DNA of 64,000 nucleotides from Candidatus Hadarchaeum sp. (GTDB lineage Archaea > Hadarchaeota > Hadarchaeia > Hadarchaeales > Hadarchaeaceae), in assembly GCF_038871235.1 (NCBI RefSeq), contig NZ_JAVZIN010000004.1:47534-111533 (forward strand). Reading direction: 5' to 3'. A program made the position numbers and the translations under genes. Below are positions 9,092-18,893 of this stretch, in pieces. Position 1 is the stretch's first letter; every line of letters starts with the position of its first letter. Below the pieces are notes generated by a model, which was not told the DNA's origin, did not search any database, and worked only from the letters and a program-made list of their open reading frames with translations.

Positions 9092-11203
9092 ATGTCGGTA
9101 GTTAATCCTTTAGTCAGAGCCGAAGCTTTGGAGGAGCGAGCCTACCAACTCAAAATTGCCGAAGAAGCGGTAAAAAGAAACACCCTCGTTGTTCTTCCCA
9201 CTGCCTTGGGAAAAACAGTTATAGCTGCGCTGGTGGCGTCTCATTTTCTCTATAATTACAGCCAACTGAAAGTTTTGGTGATGGCTCCCACTAGGCCGCT
9301 TGTCTTGCAACACCGCGACACTTTTCTGAGGCTTTTGAAACTCCGCCCGGATGATGTTCAGGTTCTTACGGGCAAATATAAACCGAACTTTAGGCTTCAG
9401 GCGTGGCAGGGCAAATCAAGAATTTACTTTGCCACGCCCCAAGTTGTAGATAATGATCATAGCCTTGGCATGAGCCTCAAGGATTTCAGTCTTCTGATTT
9501 TTGACGAGTGCCACCGGGCTAGGAAGAACTATGCCTACACGCGGGTAGCCCAAGCCTATGTGGGCGAGGCCCCTTATCCTATTATTCTGGGACTTACCGC
9601 CAGCCCCGGGGCCGATCGGGAGAAGATCGAGGAGATCTGCAGGGCTCTTTACATAGAGCATGTCGAGGCTCGAACCGAGGAGGACGAGGATGTTAAACCT
9701 TACCTCAATCCCGTCGCCGTTGAATGGAAGCTAGTACATTTGCCGGAATCGCACCGAGCAATTGAAAGAAGCATCAGACATATGCTGGACGATCGCCTTC
9801 AGAGATTATCCGCCATGGGAGTGGTTAGAAAAAATCCAAGATATATATTCAGATCAGACCTGCTGAAGGCGGGGGAGGCTATCAGAAGCAGGTTGGAGCA
9901 GGTCTCGACCCCGGAAGAGCGGGGCCCGCTTTTCTCTGCTCTGGTCTTGCAGTCCTCCGCGCTGACTCTTTTCCACGCCTTGGAGCTCTTGGACAGCCAA
10001 GGGCCGCAGACTCTGAGACTTTTCTTGAACAGAGTAAAAAACAGCGGCAAGACGGGGCACAAGACAATAGTTTCCGAACTCGTTTCTAATGGAATTTATC
10101 AGGTTCTTGAGTCCGGTAACCTTGAGGATCATCCCAAGGTGGAAGTTTTGGAGAAGCTAGTGTTGGAGCAACTCTCCTCTAACCCCTCTTCGAGGATAAT
10201 CGTCTTCACCCAATATCGTGATACCTCAACTTACCTGGCGGCGAGATTGTCTAAGCTTGGTTTGACGGTGGTGAGATTTGTCGGACAGGCCGCTCGAGGT
10301 CAGGACCAAGGTTTGACTCAGGATCAGCAGTCCCTGCTGTTAGAGAGGTTCAGATCAGGGGACATCAAAGTCTTGGTGGCGACCAGTATCGGTGAAGAAG
10401 GACTGGATATACCGAGCGTTGATCTGGTGATTTTCTACGAGCCAGTTCCCAGCGAGATCAGATACATTCAAAGAAAGGGGAGGACCGGCAGAAGGAGTTT
10501 TGGCAGGGTCGTCATCTTGGCGGCTGAGGGCACCCTTGACGTTAATTACTTGAGGGCCAGTAGAAAGATGGCGGAAAGAATGAAACAGATGGTGAAAGGG
10601 TTGAACTCAGAACTTCATCCCATCATCCGTTTGGGGACACCACCGGAGAGGAACCCGCTTTCCCCCGAGTTTATATCCGAGGCGGAGGTCCCCCAGCCAC
10701 TGGCGGAGACAGCTGTTGTTTCATCGTCCGAAGTGGAGCTGCTCGAGAAAGAGAGATTGTCAAGGTTCAATCGAGAAGTCAGGGAAACTGCCAAGCGGAT
10801 CTTGGGTTCAGTTTTAATCGCTGGGAAGAGAGGACTGTCCTTTGAGGAGTTATACACCGAGCTTGAGGAAGAGGGGAGAAATCACGCCACTATTAGAGCA
10901 GCCGTTGATAAACTTCAGGCAGAGGGTCAGTTAAGGGAAAGGGAAGGAAGGTTGTACTCCATAGGTGCTGCGGCTGTGTCCCCGGGAACGGAGCGTCATG
11001 TTTTTGAGGTTTTGAAAGTGCAGCTGGGTGAAGCCATCCTGATTGTTGACGATCGCTTCCGTGCAGTTTTAACATCCGCGGATTATAATGGTCCCAGAGA
11101 GCTGCTTCGCAAGGGTAAAAGGTTCAGCGCAGTTTCAGAACTTTATGAACATGATGGAGTGCTTTACGCCCGGATCTATGCCATTGAGGAGGCCCTAGCT
11201 TAA
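9092..11203 (+). CDS. Hef/FANCM-like SF2 helicase without ERCC4 nuclease domain
   Basis: LPTALGKT, DECHRA, GLTASPG, ATSIGEEGLDIP, QRKGRTGR; no ERK-type nuclease motif in the C-terminus. Confidence 0.9.
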   Translation: MSVVNPLVRAEALEERAYQLKIAEEAVKRNTLVVLPTALGKTVIAALVASHFLYNYSQLKVLVMAPTRPLVLQHRDTFLRLLKLRPDDVQVLTGKYKPNFRLQAWQGKSRIYFATPQVVDNDHSLGMSLKDFSLLIFDECHRARKNYAYTRVAQAYVGEAPYPIILGLTASPGADREKIEEICRALYIEHVEARTEEDEDVKPYLNPVAVEWKLVHLPESHRAIERSIRHMLDDRLQRLSAMGVVRKNPRYIFRSDLLKAGEAIRSRLEQVSTPEERGPLFSALVLQSSALTLFHALELLDSQGPQTLRLFLNRVKNSGKTGHKTIVSELVSNGIYQVLESGNLEDHPKVEVLEKLVLEQLSSNPSSRIIVFTQYRDTSTYLAARLSKLGLTVVRFVGQAARGQDQGLTQDQQSLLLERFRSGDIKVLVATSIGEEGLDIPSVDLVIFYEPVPSEIRYIQRKGRTGRRSFGRVVILAAEGTLDVNYLRASRKMAERMKQMVKGLNSELHPIIRLGTPPERNPLSPEFISEAEVPQPLAETAVVSSSEVELLEKERLSRFNREVRETAKRILGSVLIAGKRGLSFEELYTELEEEGRNHATIRAAVDKLQAEGQLREREGRLYSIGAAAVSPGTERHVFEVLKVQLGEAILIVDDRFRAVLTSADYNGPRELLRKGKRFSAVSELYEHDGVLYARIYAIEEALA

Positions 11204-12579
11204 TCCAGATGCTCTTCGCTACCTGATTTTCTGATGATTCCTCTGGCCGCAAGTAACCCCGTGGCGGCGGCTGTGACGATTCCTCTTGAGAGACCGGCTC
11301 CGTCTCCTGCCACGAAAAGATTTGGAACGCTAGTTTCCATATTTTGGTCGACGTTTATCTGCATGGCGTAAAGCTTGACCTCAGGAGCGTAAAGCAATGT
11401 TGAGTCAGAGGCAACTCCCGGAACCACTTTATCTAGACGTTCAAGTCCCTCGATGATGTCGGTTACTATTCTTCCGGGCAGGGCCATCGAGATGTCGCCG
11501 GGTGTGACGCTTTTGAGGGTCGGAACCACATGTCCTCTTTCAATCCTTTCCCAGGTCGAGCGTCTTCCTGCCCGAAGATCGCCCATGCGCTGGATTAATG
11601 GTCGCCCACCACCTATTGTGGTCGCGAGATAAGCGATGGACCTTCCATACGCGTTTGTATCGGTGACCGGTTGGGTAAGTCCAACGTGAACTAAAAAGGC
11701 GAAATTGGTGTTTTTGGATTTTTTATTGCGCAACGATTGCCCATTTACTCCAACGTGATCGTCGTAGCGTTCTTCCATCACCCATCCTTCAGCATTTGTA
11801 CAGAAAGTACGCACAAAATCGTCGAAAGTTTTTGTCTGGATGTGAAATTTGGGGTCTCTGTTTACCCGGACAACCGGCTCGTAGACAACTGCCGGCACTT
11901 CCACTCTGACGCCGATATCCACAGGGAGGTGGGTCAGTTTGACGCCTAGCGACTTTGCTTGTGCAGCGAACCAGTCGGCCCCGACCCTCCCGGGTGCAGC
12001 TAGAATGTAGTCAGTTTTTACTGTGGAACCGTTGATGATGACCTTACCCTGTCCGATACTTTCGACCTTTGTGTTCAGCATGATTTTGACTCCGCGCTTT
12101 TCGAGTTTTTGCCGGATGGAATTTATTACCTCAGGAAGATACTCACTGCCGATGTGCCTCTGCGGGATTGGTATAAACCTAATTCCGGCGGCGGCTGCTT
12201 TTCTAGCCAGTTCATCGATCCCGGCCGTGTCCTGTCCGTAAACTTCCTTTGGGGCCCCATTCTCGACAAAAATTTCGTCAACTTCTTTCACCAGTTCTTC
12301 GGCTTTTTCCACGCTTTTGGTGAACTTGCTCAGGTCTCCCCCGATGTCATATCTGAGGTTCAGAATGCCGCTCGACATTCCTCCAGCTCCGCCGAGTCCG
12401 GACATTATGTGACAGGGCACGCAACCGATACACTTGCCTGTCTTGGTTGCCGGACAATATCTCTTGGTTATGTCATTTCCCCAGTCAACTATAGTCACCG
12501 ATAATTTTGATTTTCGAGATAGCTCGTAGGCGGCGAAAAGTCCCGCCGGACCGGCTCCAATTATAAGAACGTCGGTCGT
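11200..12579 (-). CDS. FAD-dependent oxidoreductase; probable non-canonical start
   Basis: Frame extends upstream of the ORF-track GTG to TDVLIIGAGPAGLFAA; CxxC, GLGGAGGMSSG, VRTFC, AGDGAG motifs. Confidence 0.88.
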   Translation of the reverse strand, partial: TTDVLIIGAGPAGLFAAYELSRKSKLSVTIVDWGNDITKRYCPATKTGKCIGCVPCHIMSGLGGAGGMSSGILNLRYDIGGDLSKFTKSVEKAEELVKEVDEIFVENGAPKEVYGQDTAGIDELARKAAAAGIRFIPIPQRHIGSEYLPEVINSIRQKLEKRGVKIMLNTKVESIGQGKVIINGSTVKTDYILAAPGRVGADWFAAQAKSLGVKLTHLPVDIGVRVEVPAVVYEPVVRVNRDPKFHIQTKTFDDFVRTFCTNAEGWVMEERYDDHVGVNGQSLRNKKSKNTNFAFLVHVGLTQPVTDTNAYGRSIAYLATTIGGGRPLIQRMGDLRAGRRSTWERIERGHVVPTLKSVTPGDISMALPGRIVTDIIEGLERLDKVVPGVASDSTLLYAPEVKLYAMQINVDQNMETSVPNLFVAGDGAGLSRGIVTAAATGLLAARGIIRKSGSEEHLD

Positions 12580-12638
12580 TTTATCCCCCGATGTTTAACT
12601 CTGCCATCTTATAAAAGCTTTTTTAGTCGGTTTTGCCC

Positions 12639-13412
12639 TCACTTGAGTGTTTTGATTTTTCCCAAGAAAGTTCCGTCAAGCAAGTAGGCCTCAGCCTCAT
12701 CAAGCTTCACGGTACCAGAACGAAAGATAGGTCCGATCAGTTCCTTGGGCAATCTACGGTTCATGGCCGCGCCGCCGACGAGCTCGCTGAACGCAGGTAC
12801 CACGATTAACTCCGGTAACTTTTGCTTGACCGATGGAATTAATTTTTTAGGTATTTTTTTTGGATTCAGTTTTGCCCGTAACCAGATGGGTTCGATTGAC
12901 CTGCCGCCAAGCTCGTCTCGAAATTCTATTGCCGGATGATTGTGTCCAGCTATGATGAACTCTGTGTTGAAGAGTTCCGGCGCTGGCCAAGTATGGCCAT
13001 GCACGAGGCCGACTCTTTTTCTTTTTCCCAAGACAATGCCGTGCGGATCGTGAATGGTGACTTCATGCGGCACCATGCCCTCCAGATCACCGTCGTGGTT
13101 TCCTTTGACAATATCGATTCTAGCCAGCCGAGCCAGATCTTCGAAAAGAGAGGGCAACTCTCGCCACTCATGCCAAGTTGTTACCGGAATGTTATGTTTA
13201 ACATCGCCCAAAATTATGAGTCGATTGGCTTTTTTCTCCTCGATGAGGGCAGTTAATCTCGCCTTCAACCCAGGTATCTGACTGGGCAGGGAGATGCCTC
13301 TATCTGCCAGCTCGTGCTCGATTCCTATATGCAAGTCTGAAATCACGATTATCTTTTCCTCATTTATTTTCAATATAAGAGCCGGCGTTCCATATATCGG
13401 AACGGCTTTCAT
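12639..13412 (-). CDS. Calcineurin-like metallophosphoesterase
   Basis: SDLHIG, GDVKH, GNHD, HGH, GHNHP motifs. Confidence 0.9.
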   Translation of the reverse strand: MKAVPIYGTPALILKINEEKIIVISDLHIGIEHELADRGISLPSQIPGLKARLTALIEEKKANRLIILGDVKHNIPVTTWHEWRELPSLFEDLARLARIDIVKGNHDGDLEGMVPHEVTIHDPHGIVLGKRKRVGLVHGHTWPAPELFNTEFIIAGHNHPAIEFRDELGGRSIEPIWLRAKLNPKKIPKKLIPSVKQKLPELIVVPAFSELVGGAAMNRRLPKELIGPIFRSGTVKLDEAEAYLLDGTFLGKIKTLK

Positions 13413-13454
13413 AAGAGTAAATTCGTCGACTAAAGTTATAGGTCTATTGGATAT

Positions 13455-14504
13455 TCAGAGCTTGAACCTCAGGAATGCGGCAATTCCGCCCAGCGCCGTG
13501 AGCTGTTTTCCAGCATCGTGTTCCGTACTTATCACAATAACTTCGGACCTTGTTTTTCTGGCATTTTCAAGGATTTTTGAGATATCTTCTCGGTTTGATC
13601 TTAACAACTCGTCGGCAACTAGAAGCCTTTCGACCGCTCCGGCAGCGACCGCTCGCTCCACCTCATTCTTACCATAGGTTGCCAGTCCTTCCTTGGTAAT
13701 CTCACCCATTAATCGGTCCATCAGCGAAGTCTCAAGTGAAAGCCGGTCTTCTTTTGATACAAGCTCGACTAATCCTCGTCGTACTATTTCATAGAGTCCG
13801 GCGCTCCCGCCAGAGCTGGCGTCTCCAAGCCTAATGGTCTTAGATAGGTCGGGAAAGTTATCCCGCAAAAAAGATGTAAAATTATCCTTTGTGAATCCGG
13901 GCCCGGCCACTATTGTCGTTTTTATGTTTTCCTTGGAAGTAACGTCTTTAATGGCATCCGCTAAACGGTGGAAAAATTTTTTCTCATCGGCCTCGTACTC
14001 AACTAAGTATCTTTTCCCTGAGCGAGGACGCGATATAGTCCCGATTTCATCTAATCCGTACTGTCTCACCACTGCTAGATCAGCAGTTGAGTCATCAAGA
14101 GCAACGAGCAAAACTCGAGGCCGGTTGCTAGCTCGAACCGCTTCCTGAATTCTTCGGAGGTCCTCAGGATTCCATTCCTTGGTGATGGTTAGAACCGAAC
14201 CCGGTTCAAAACTGAAGGAATGGTGTTTTCCAACGTCAGGACCTTCCAGTATCTTCCCCAAAACGCGCAGGCGGTTGCTGTGCTTGTGAAATTCGATGTT
14301 CTCCGCTTGAATCGAGATGGTGATCGGTCTTTTTTCCATCCTTTCAGGACGGATTTTATCACTCATCTCTTGTTCTCTTCGCCAAGTGACGGCTGTGATA
14401 ATATCACTTGGGCAGATTAAATGTTGCAGGTGCCATAGGTCGTCCAAAGTTTCCAATGCTAGCTTGATTTTCCCGTGCTTCAAGTCCTTGTGGATGATTT
14501 TCAA
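13455..14504 (-). CDS. pelA: Pelota/Dom34 ribosome rescue factor
   Basis: LDDLWHL, RLRVLGKI, GKHHS, VAGPGFTK, LGGIAAFLRF. Confidence 0.95.
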   Translation of the reverse strand: MKIIHKDLKHGKIKLALETLDDLWHLQHLICPSDIITAVTWRREQEMSDKIRPERMEKRPITISIQAENIEFHKHSNRLRVLGKILEGPDVGKHHSFSFEPGSVLTITKEWNPEDLRRIQEAVRASNRPRVLLVALDDSTADLAVVRQYGLDEIGTISRPRSGKRYLVEYEADEKKFFHRLADAIKDVTSKENIKTTIVAGPGFTKDNFTSFLRDNFPDLSKTIRLGDASSGGSAGLYEIVRRGLVELVSKEDRLSLETSLMDRLMGEITKEGLATYGKNEVERAVAAGAVERLLVADELLRSNREDISKILENARKTRSEVIVISTEHDAGKQLTALGGIAAFLRFKL

Positions 14505-14576
14505 ATTTATCCCTCAGTATTTACCCGTTCCGCAAATGATTTTATGTCGGGTGGTTTAAACTTGGTGAGGGATGTT

Positions 14577-15032
14577 ATGGTCACCCAGCGATTAATAAAT
14601 ATCAGAGAGCTTAGGGCGGAGGACCTTAAAGCGATCATGTCAATTCAGTATAAGTGCTTTAAGGATCCCTACCCGGTTAGCCTTATAAAACGATTACACC
14701 TGATGCACCCTGATGGTTTTTTGGTAGTTGATCTAGGTGGAATTGTCGCTGGCTATTTAATTGGAGTCATCCGCTGGAGCAATATAGGCCACATCCTTGC
14801 CATAGCCGTCGATCCAGCCTTTCAAAGGCAAAGTTTAGGTACCTTGCTGATGAACAACATTATCGAGCGTTTCAGGAAAAAAGGTGTTAAATTAGTTCGG
14901 CTTGAGGTGAGGAAAAGCAACGTTGGGGCGCAGCAATTCTACAAAAAACTGGGTTTTTTGGAAAGAGGGGAAATGCCGTTTTACTATGAGGACGGCGAGT
15001 CGGCTATTGCGATGGAGCTATCCCTTGATTAG
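14577..15032 (+). CDS. GNAT N-acetyltransferase (RimI/Ard1-like)
   Basis: GHILAIAVDPAFQRQSLG, LEVRKSNVGAQQFY, YYEDGESA. Confidence 0.9.
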   Translation: MVTQRLINIRELRAEDLKAIMSIQYKCFKDPYPVSLIKRLHLMHPDGFLVVDLGGIVAGYLIGVIRWSNIGHILAIAVDPAFQRQSLGTLLMNNIIERFRKKGVKLVRLEVRKSNVGAQQFYKKLGFLERGEMPFYYEDGESAIAMELSLD

Positions 15033-16196
15033 TTATCTTTGATGTTTGATCCTGCGAAGGTCATCCAATGTCAGCACCCGCAGGTTTGGGGGCACTGACT
15101 CCACTCTTGATCTCATTCCGACTAAGTACTGAACTCCTCTCCCTGCAGCAAGTTCGGCGAGTTCTTGCGTTATTACGCCGTCGAACACGACCGCTTTTAC
15201 ATTTTGTGCTTGCGAAAGATGCTCCTTCAGCTCCCTCACTTGGATTTCTTCCATTAACTCCAGTTTTTCATTGAGCAGTTGGGCCTTGAGAGTACCGCGC
15301 AACTTGTTGGCCATATTTTCAAGCTCTTGTAATTCACCGTTACCTGTTTCAGCTGGTTGGACCGGCGCTGGTTTTGCCCTGTATTCCGCAGCTGCGATTT
15401 CTACTGGAACTTTGTTTCTAAGCGCTTTGATTATTTCTTTTTTAGATAACTCTTCCACGCTTCTACCAGGAGGAGGTCGAGCCACGAAATCTATCTCCGC
15501 CACTTGGAGCAGTTCCTTCAAGATCAGGTCGCCGCCCCGGTCGCTGTCAACAAATGCAGTGACTGTTTTGTCCTTGGTTAAATCTATCACTGCCTTAGGT
15601 ACGCTGGTGCCCTCTATACCGATGGCGTTTTTTATGCCCGCCCTCAGCAGGTTGAGAACGTCGGCACGCCCCTCGACGATTATAATGGCATCAGAGTCCT
15701 TAACACCCGGTCCCGCGGGGAGTCCCTCATATTCAGATATCTCTTCAACACGTACGGATTCCATTACTTTTTCCGTTATCTCTTGAGTTTCAGTAGCAGC
15801 TTCCTCAAAAGCCCCGAGAAGCTCTTTGGCTCTCTCCACCACAAACTTCCTCTTAATGTCCCTGACGTCCTCGATGCGTTCCACTTTTATGGTTGCTTCA
15901 CAAGGGCCGACACGATCAATAGTTTCTAGGGAGGCGGCAATTATTGCCGTTTCAACTCTGTCAAGGCTTGAAGGGATCGTGATCGTGCCGGTCGACTTTC
16001 CTTGGCTTGAGTTGATCTCTACTTTGATCCTCCCGATTCTACCACTCTTTAACAGCTCCCTTAGATCAAGGTCGCTTCCGAGCAGACCCTCCGTCTGTCC
16101 AAATATTGCACCCACGACATCTGGGCGCTCGACCACGCCGCTAGCCTCTATTTTGGCGTGGATAAGATACTTGGTCGTACCACTATCTTCACGCAT
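15033..16196 (-). CDS. dnaG: Archaeal DnaG (TOPRIM protein, exosome-associated)
   Basis: [34 protein letters not shown]; GGAGGT SD before ATG 16196. Confidence 0.95.
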   Translation of the reverse strand: MREDSGTTKYLIHAKIEASGVVERPDVVGAIFGQTEGLLGSDLDLRELLKSGRIGRIKVEINSSQGKSTGTITIPSSLDRVETAIIAASLETIDRVGPCEATIKVERIEDVRDIKRKFVVERAKELLGAFEEAATETQEITEKVMESVRVEEISEYEGLPAGPGVKDSDAIIIVEGRADVLNLLRAGIKNAIGIEGTSVPKAVIDLTKDKTVTAFVDSDRGGDLILKELLQVAEIDFVARPPPGRSVEELSKKEIIKALRNKVPVEIAAAEYRAKPAPVQPAETGNGELQELENMANKLRGTLKAQLLNEKLELMEEIQVRELKEHLSQAQNVKAVVFDGVITQELAELAAGRGVQYLVGMRSRVESVPPNLRVLTLDDLRRIKHQR

Positions 16197-16388
16197 ATTT
16201 GAAACCTCCTTTTTGCCGAGCTTTTCGGCCACTAAATCCTGCAAACTTTTTTCTTCCACGGGCAACAGCCCTCAATGGGCCAGAATTAGCTTGATCGTGA
16301 TTCTGGCTTGATTTAATGATAATAAAAATAATACTGCTTATCTTAAAAAGCTGACGCTTGAGATACAGATGGTTGCTTCGGCCGGCCC

Positions 16389-16847
16389 TCAAAGCCCAGT
16401 TACGCCTTGAATATAAACTATTCCAAGAATTGCCAGTAGCATTATTACACTTGCCAGAAAAACACCGATTGCAATTGCCAGTGATGAGGTTTTGCGGTTG
16501 AAACCAGCGACGTAGGCTATAAGAACCCCACTATAGGCGCCAGTTCCCGGAAACGGCACTCCTACAAAGAGGGCAAGCCCTATCAAGCTTAGCCCTTGAT
16601 ACTTTTGTGCTCGTTTGACAGAAAATTGGAACAACCTGTTGACCAACTTCCATTTACGCCTGATCGGTGGCACGATTATGTCGAGCAGAAGGTAGGCTAG
16701 TGGTATGGCTAGCAAGTTGAGAATGAGGCAAATGGCAAATACTACAAGCGGAGGTAGTCCCGGATTGTAAATTGTAGCAAGTGGTAATGAAAAGCGCACC
16801 TCTAAAAAAGGCACCAGCGAAAGGAGAAAGGACAGCCATCCCATCAT
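16389..16847 (-). CDS. Putative small multidrug export family membrane protein
   Basis: PFLEVR and FVGVPFPGTGAYSG motifs; several TM segments. Confidence 0.8.
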   Translation of the reverse strand: MMGWLSFLLSLVPFLEVRFSLPLATIYNPGLPPLVVFAICLILNLLAIPLAYLLLDIIVPPIRRKWKLVNRLFQFSVKRAQKYQGLSLIGLALFVGVPFPGTGAYSGVLIAYVAGFNRKTSSLAIAIGVFLASVIMLLAILGIVYIQGVTGL

Positions 16848-16953
16848 CTTGGGCCCTATATTTCATCGTGACCGGAGAATAAATCCCTTGAGAAAAACCG
16901 AAAACCGCATTTTAACGCTTATTATCGTTTTGGCAAAATTTAATTTGGTTCGC

Positions 16954-17589
16954 ATGCGCTACAAGCTCGTGGCATTTGACATGGACGGAACCTTGATACT
17001 AGAGGACAGTTGTTGGGGATAATTCAAAGATTTGGCACCAAGACGGCCGCACTTGGGAACTTAATGGCGTATGAGTCGGGGCAGATTGATCATGCGGAGT
17101 TCATGCGTCGCGACATAGCGCTGTGGCAGCCGACCCCCCACTTTTAATGAGATTAGGAAAATTTTGTCTCAATATACCTTGGCCCCAAACGTGAAAAATG
17201 TGGTCGGGGAAATAGTTCGCAGAGGTTTTCAGACAGCGATTATTACTGGAGGCCTTGATGTGTTAGCCGGCAATGTGGCCCGAGACCTTGGTATCCCCCA
17301 CATTATCGCAAATGGTCTGGAGGTGGATAAATCCGGTTATCTGACTGGAGAGGGTATTCTCAGGGTTGAACCACGTCATAAGGATAAAAATTTGGTTAAA
17401 CTGGCGAAAGATCTGGAAATTTCCCCCGAAGAACGTGTCGCGATTGGTGACGGTAAATATGACGTAAATTTCTTAAAAAGCGCTGGTCTGGCGGTTGCGG
17501 TGGGAAAGAACCCTGAGTTAGCCCGGGTGGCTGATGTCGTTATAGAGGATTTTGATCACTTTCCTCGGTTGTTAGATTACCTGGTCTGA
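16954..17589 (+). pseudogene. HAD phosphatase (SerB-like) broken by two frameshifts
   Basis: MRYKLVAFDMDGTL then TAA at 17020; middle segment in another frame to TAA 17145; C-terminal ITGG, K and GDGKYD motifs; shifts at G4 (17015-18) and C6 (17134-39). Confidence 0.8.
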
Positions 17590-17646
17590 AAAGTGTAGCT
17601 TTAATTAAACACTTTTGACAGAGAGACCATGTGCAGGTGTGTTTGC

Positions 17647-18255
17647 ATGGGTGTGATCAAAAAGCCCGTAAAGTATGAAGTTCCAGGCTGGGAATACATT
17701 CATGAACTCTGCGTGGAACTAGCTGAACAGGTGAAGAGGAGCAAGTACAATCCAGACCTTATCGTCGCCGTTTCACGAGGCGGTTGGATACCGGGCCGGT
17801 TGATCTTGGATTTCTTAGGAGGGCCAGATATTGCCACGATTAAGGTGGAATATTATGTAGGGTTTTACAAAACCCGTGATAAACCTGAAATAACCCAACC
17901 ACTTGCCGTGAATGTTAAAGGGAAAAAGATACTACTCGTCGATGATATTGCCGACACCGGTAGGAGCCTAAAGGTTGCTTTGGAATACCTCAGGGAACAA
18001 GGAGCAAAAGAAGTTAAAACTGCCGCTCTTTATTTTAAGCCTTGGTCCCTGGTGGTCCCGGATTTCTATGCACGGAAAACGGATGCTTGGGTTTGCTTTC
18101 CTCATGAAACTTATGAATCCATTGACAAAATGTACTCCCAGCTGATAAAGCAGGGTAAAAGTAAAAAGGATGTAATGAAAAGGTTGGTGGAACTGGGCAT
18201 AAGACCGTTTCATGTAGAAAAATTTCTTTCGAAAAAAGGCCCGAAAAGAGTTTAG
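17647..18255 (+). CDS. Purine phosphoribosyltransferase family protein
   Basis: AVSRGG, PRPP-binding LLVDDIADTGRS, WVCFPHE. Confidence 0.9.
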   Translation: MGVIKKPVKYEVPGWEYIHELCVELAEQVKRSKYNPDLIVAVSRGGWIPGRLILDFLGGPDIATIKVEYYVGFYKTRDKPEITQPLAVNVKGKKILLVDDIADTGRSLKVALEYLREQGAKEVKTAALYFKPWSLVVPDFYARKTDAWVCFPHETYESIDKMYSQLIKQGKSKKDVMKRLVELGIRPFHVEKFLSKKGPKRV

Positions 18256-18260
18256 CAGTT

Positions 18261-18659
18261 TTATCTCACTCTTTCTCTTTGCAGAAACTTTGCCAGCCCT
18301 TCCACGTCTTTCACACTTCTGCGCACCAGTGGCTTTAGCCTGTCTCTGAATTCAGATATTGGCTTAACACCAAGCCTTTTTGCATGTTTGATGATAAAAC
18401 TTGCCAGTTCATCGCCAGCTTTGTCGAAATCGGTTAATATTACTATTTCCTTTGAGCCTGAAAGACCTTCAACGAAGTTCAGCAGGGAACCACCGTTTGA
18501 GATTTTGCGAACGCGTCCACTTATGCCCAGTGCACGCAAAGCTTTTTCATCATCCATACCTTCAACGATTATCGGTATACCATCTAAGGCTAACCTGTTC
18601 AGCTCAGAGAGCAGCTCATCAATCTGCTCAAGGACCTCTTCTGTTAGCAAGTTCATCAC
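18261..18659 (-). CDS. Stand-alone TOPRIM-domain protein
   Basis: IIVEGMDD and LTDFDKAG TOPRIM motifs. Confidence 0.88.
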   Translation of the reverse strand: MMNLLTEEVLEQIDELLSELNRLALDGIPIIVEGMDDEKALRALGISGRVRKISNGGSLLNFVEGLSGSKEIVILTDFDKAGDELASFIIKHAKRLGVKPISEFRDRLKPLVRRSVKDVEGLAKFLQRERVR

Positions 18660-18662
18660 TTT

Positions 18663-18833
18663 TTATTCAGGACCTTTGTCGCTGATCCAGAGCCCTTTTC
18701 GCAAACATCTAGTGCAGACACCGATATCGCTGACAAAGTCACGGGAGCAAACAGTGGCTCCGCATATGCCGCAACGGTGCACATCGTAGCTGATTCTGCC
18801 GCATATCGCGCAAGTGCCGGCTATTCTTCCCAT
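18663..18833 (-). CDS. Small Cys-rich Zn-finger protein (56 aa; absent from ORF track)
   Basis: MGRIAGTCAICGR...RCGICGATVCSRDF...VCTRCLRKG; three CxxC plus CxxD; 3 nt gap to the TOPRIM gene. Confidence 0.75.
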   Translation of the reverse strand: MGRIAGTCAICGRISYDVHRCGICGATVCSRDFVSDIGVCTRCLRKGLWISDKGPE

Positions 18834-18893
18834 GGTCCATCCGATAAACCTTCAAATAACCAAGATTAAAAGTTTGCACATGGAAGCGAAAGC

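Noticed and set aside
12581-12607. ATG at 12607 as start of the FAD oxidoreductase through a frameshift
   Set aside because: It is out of frame and only a few nt from the likely TATA box, so probably not transcribed; kept only as the assembly-error alternative.
16189-16392. 67-aa ORF between the export-family gene and dnaG
   Set aside because: Spans the AT-rich likely dnaG promoter region, with no recognisable motif.
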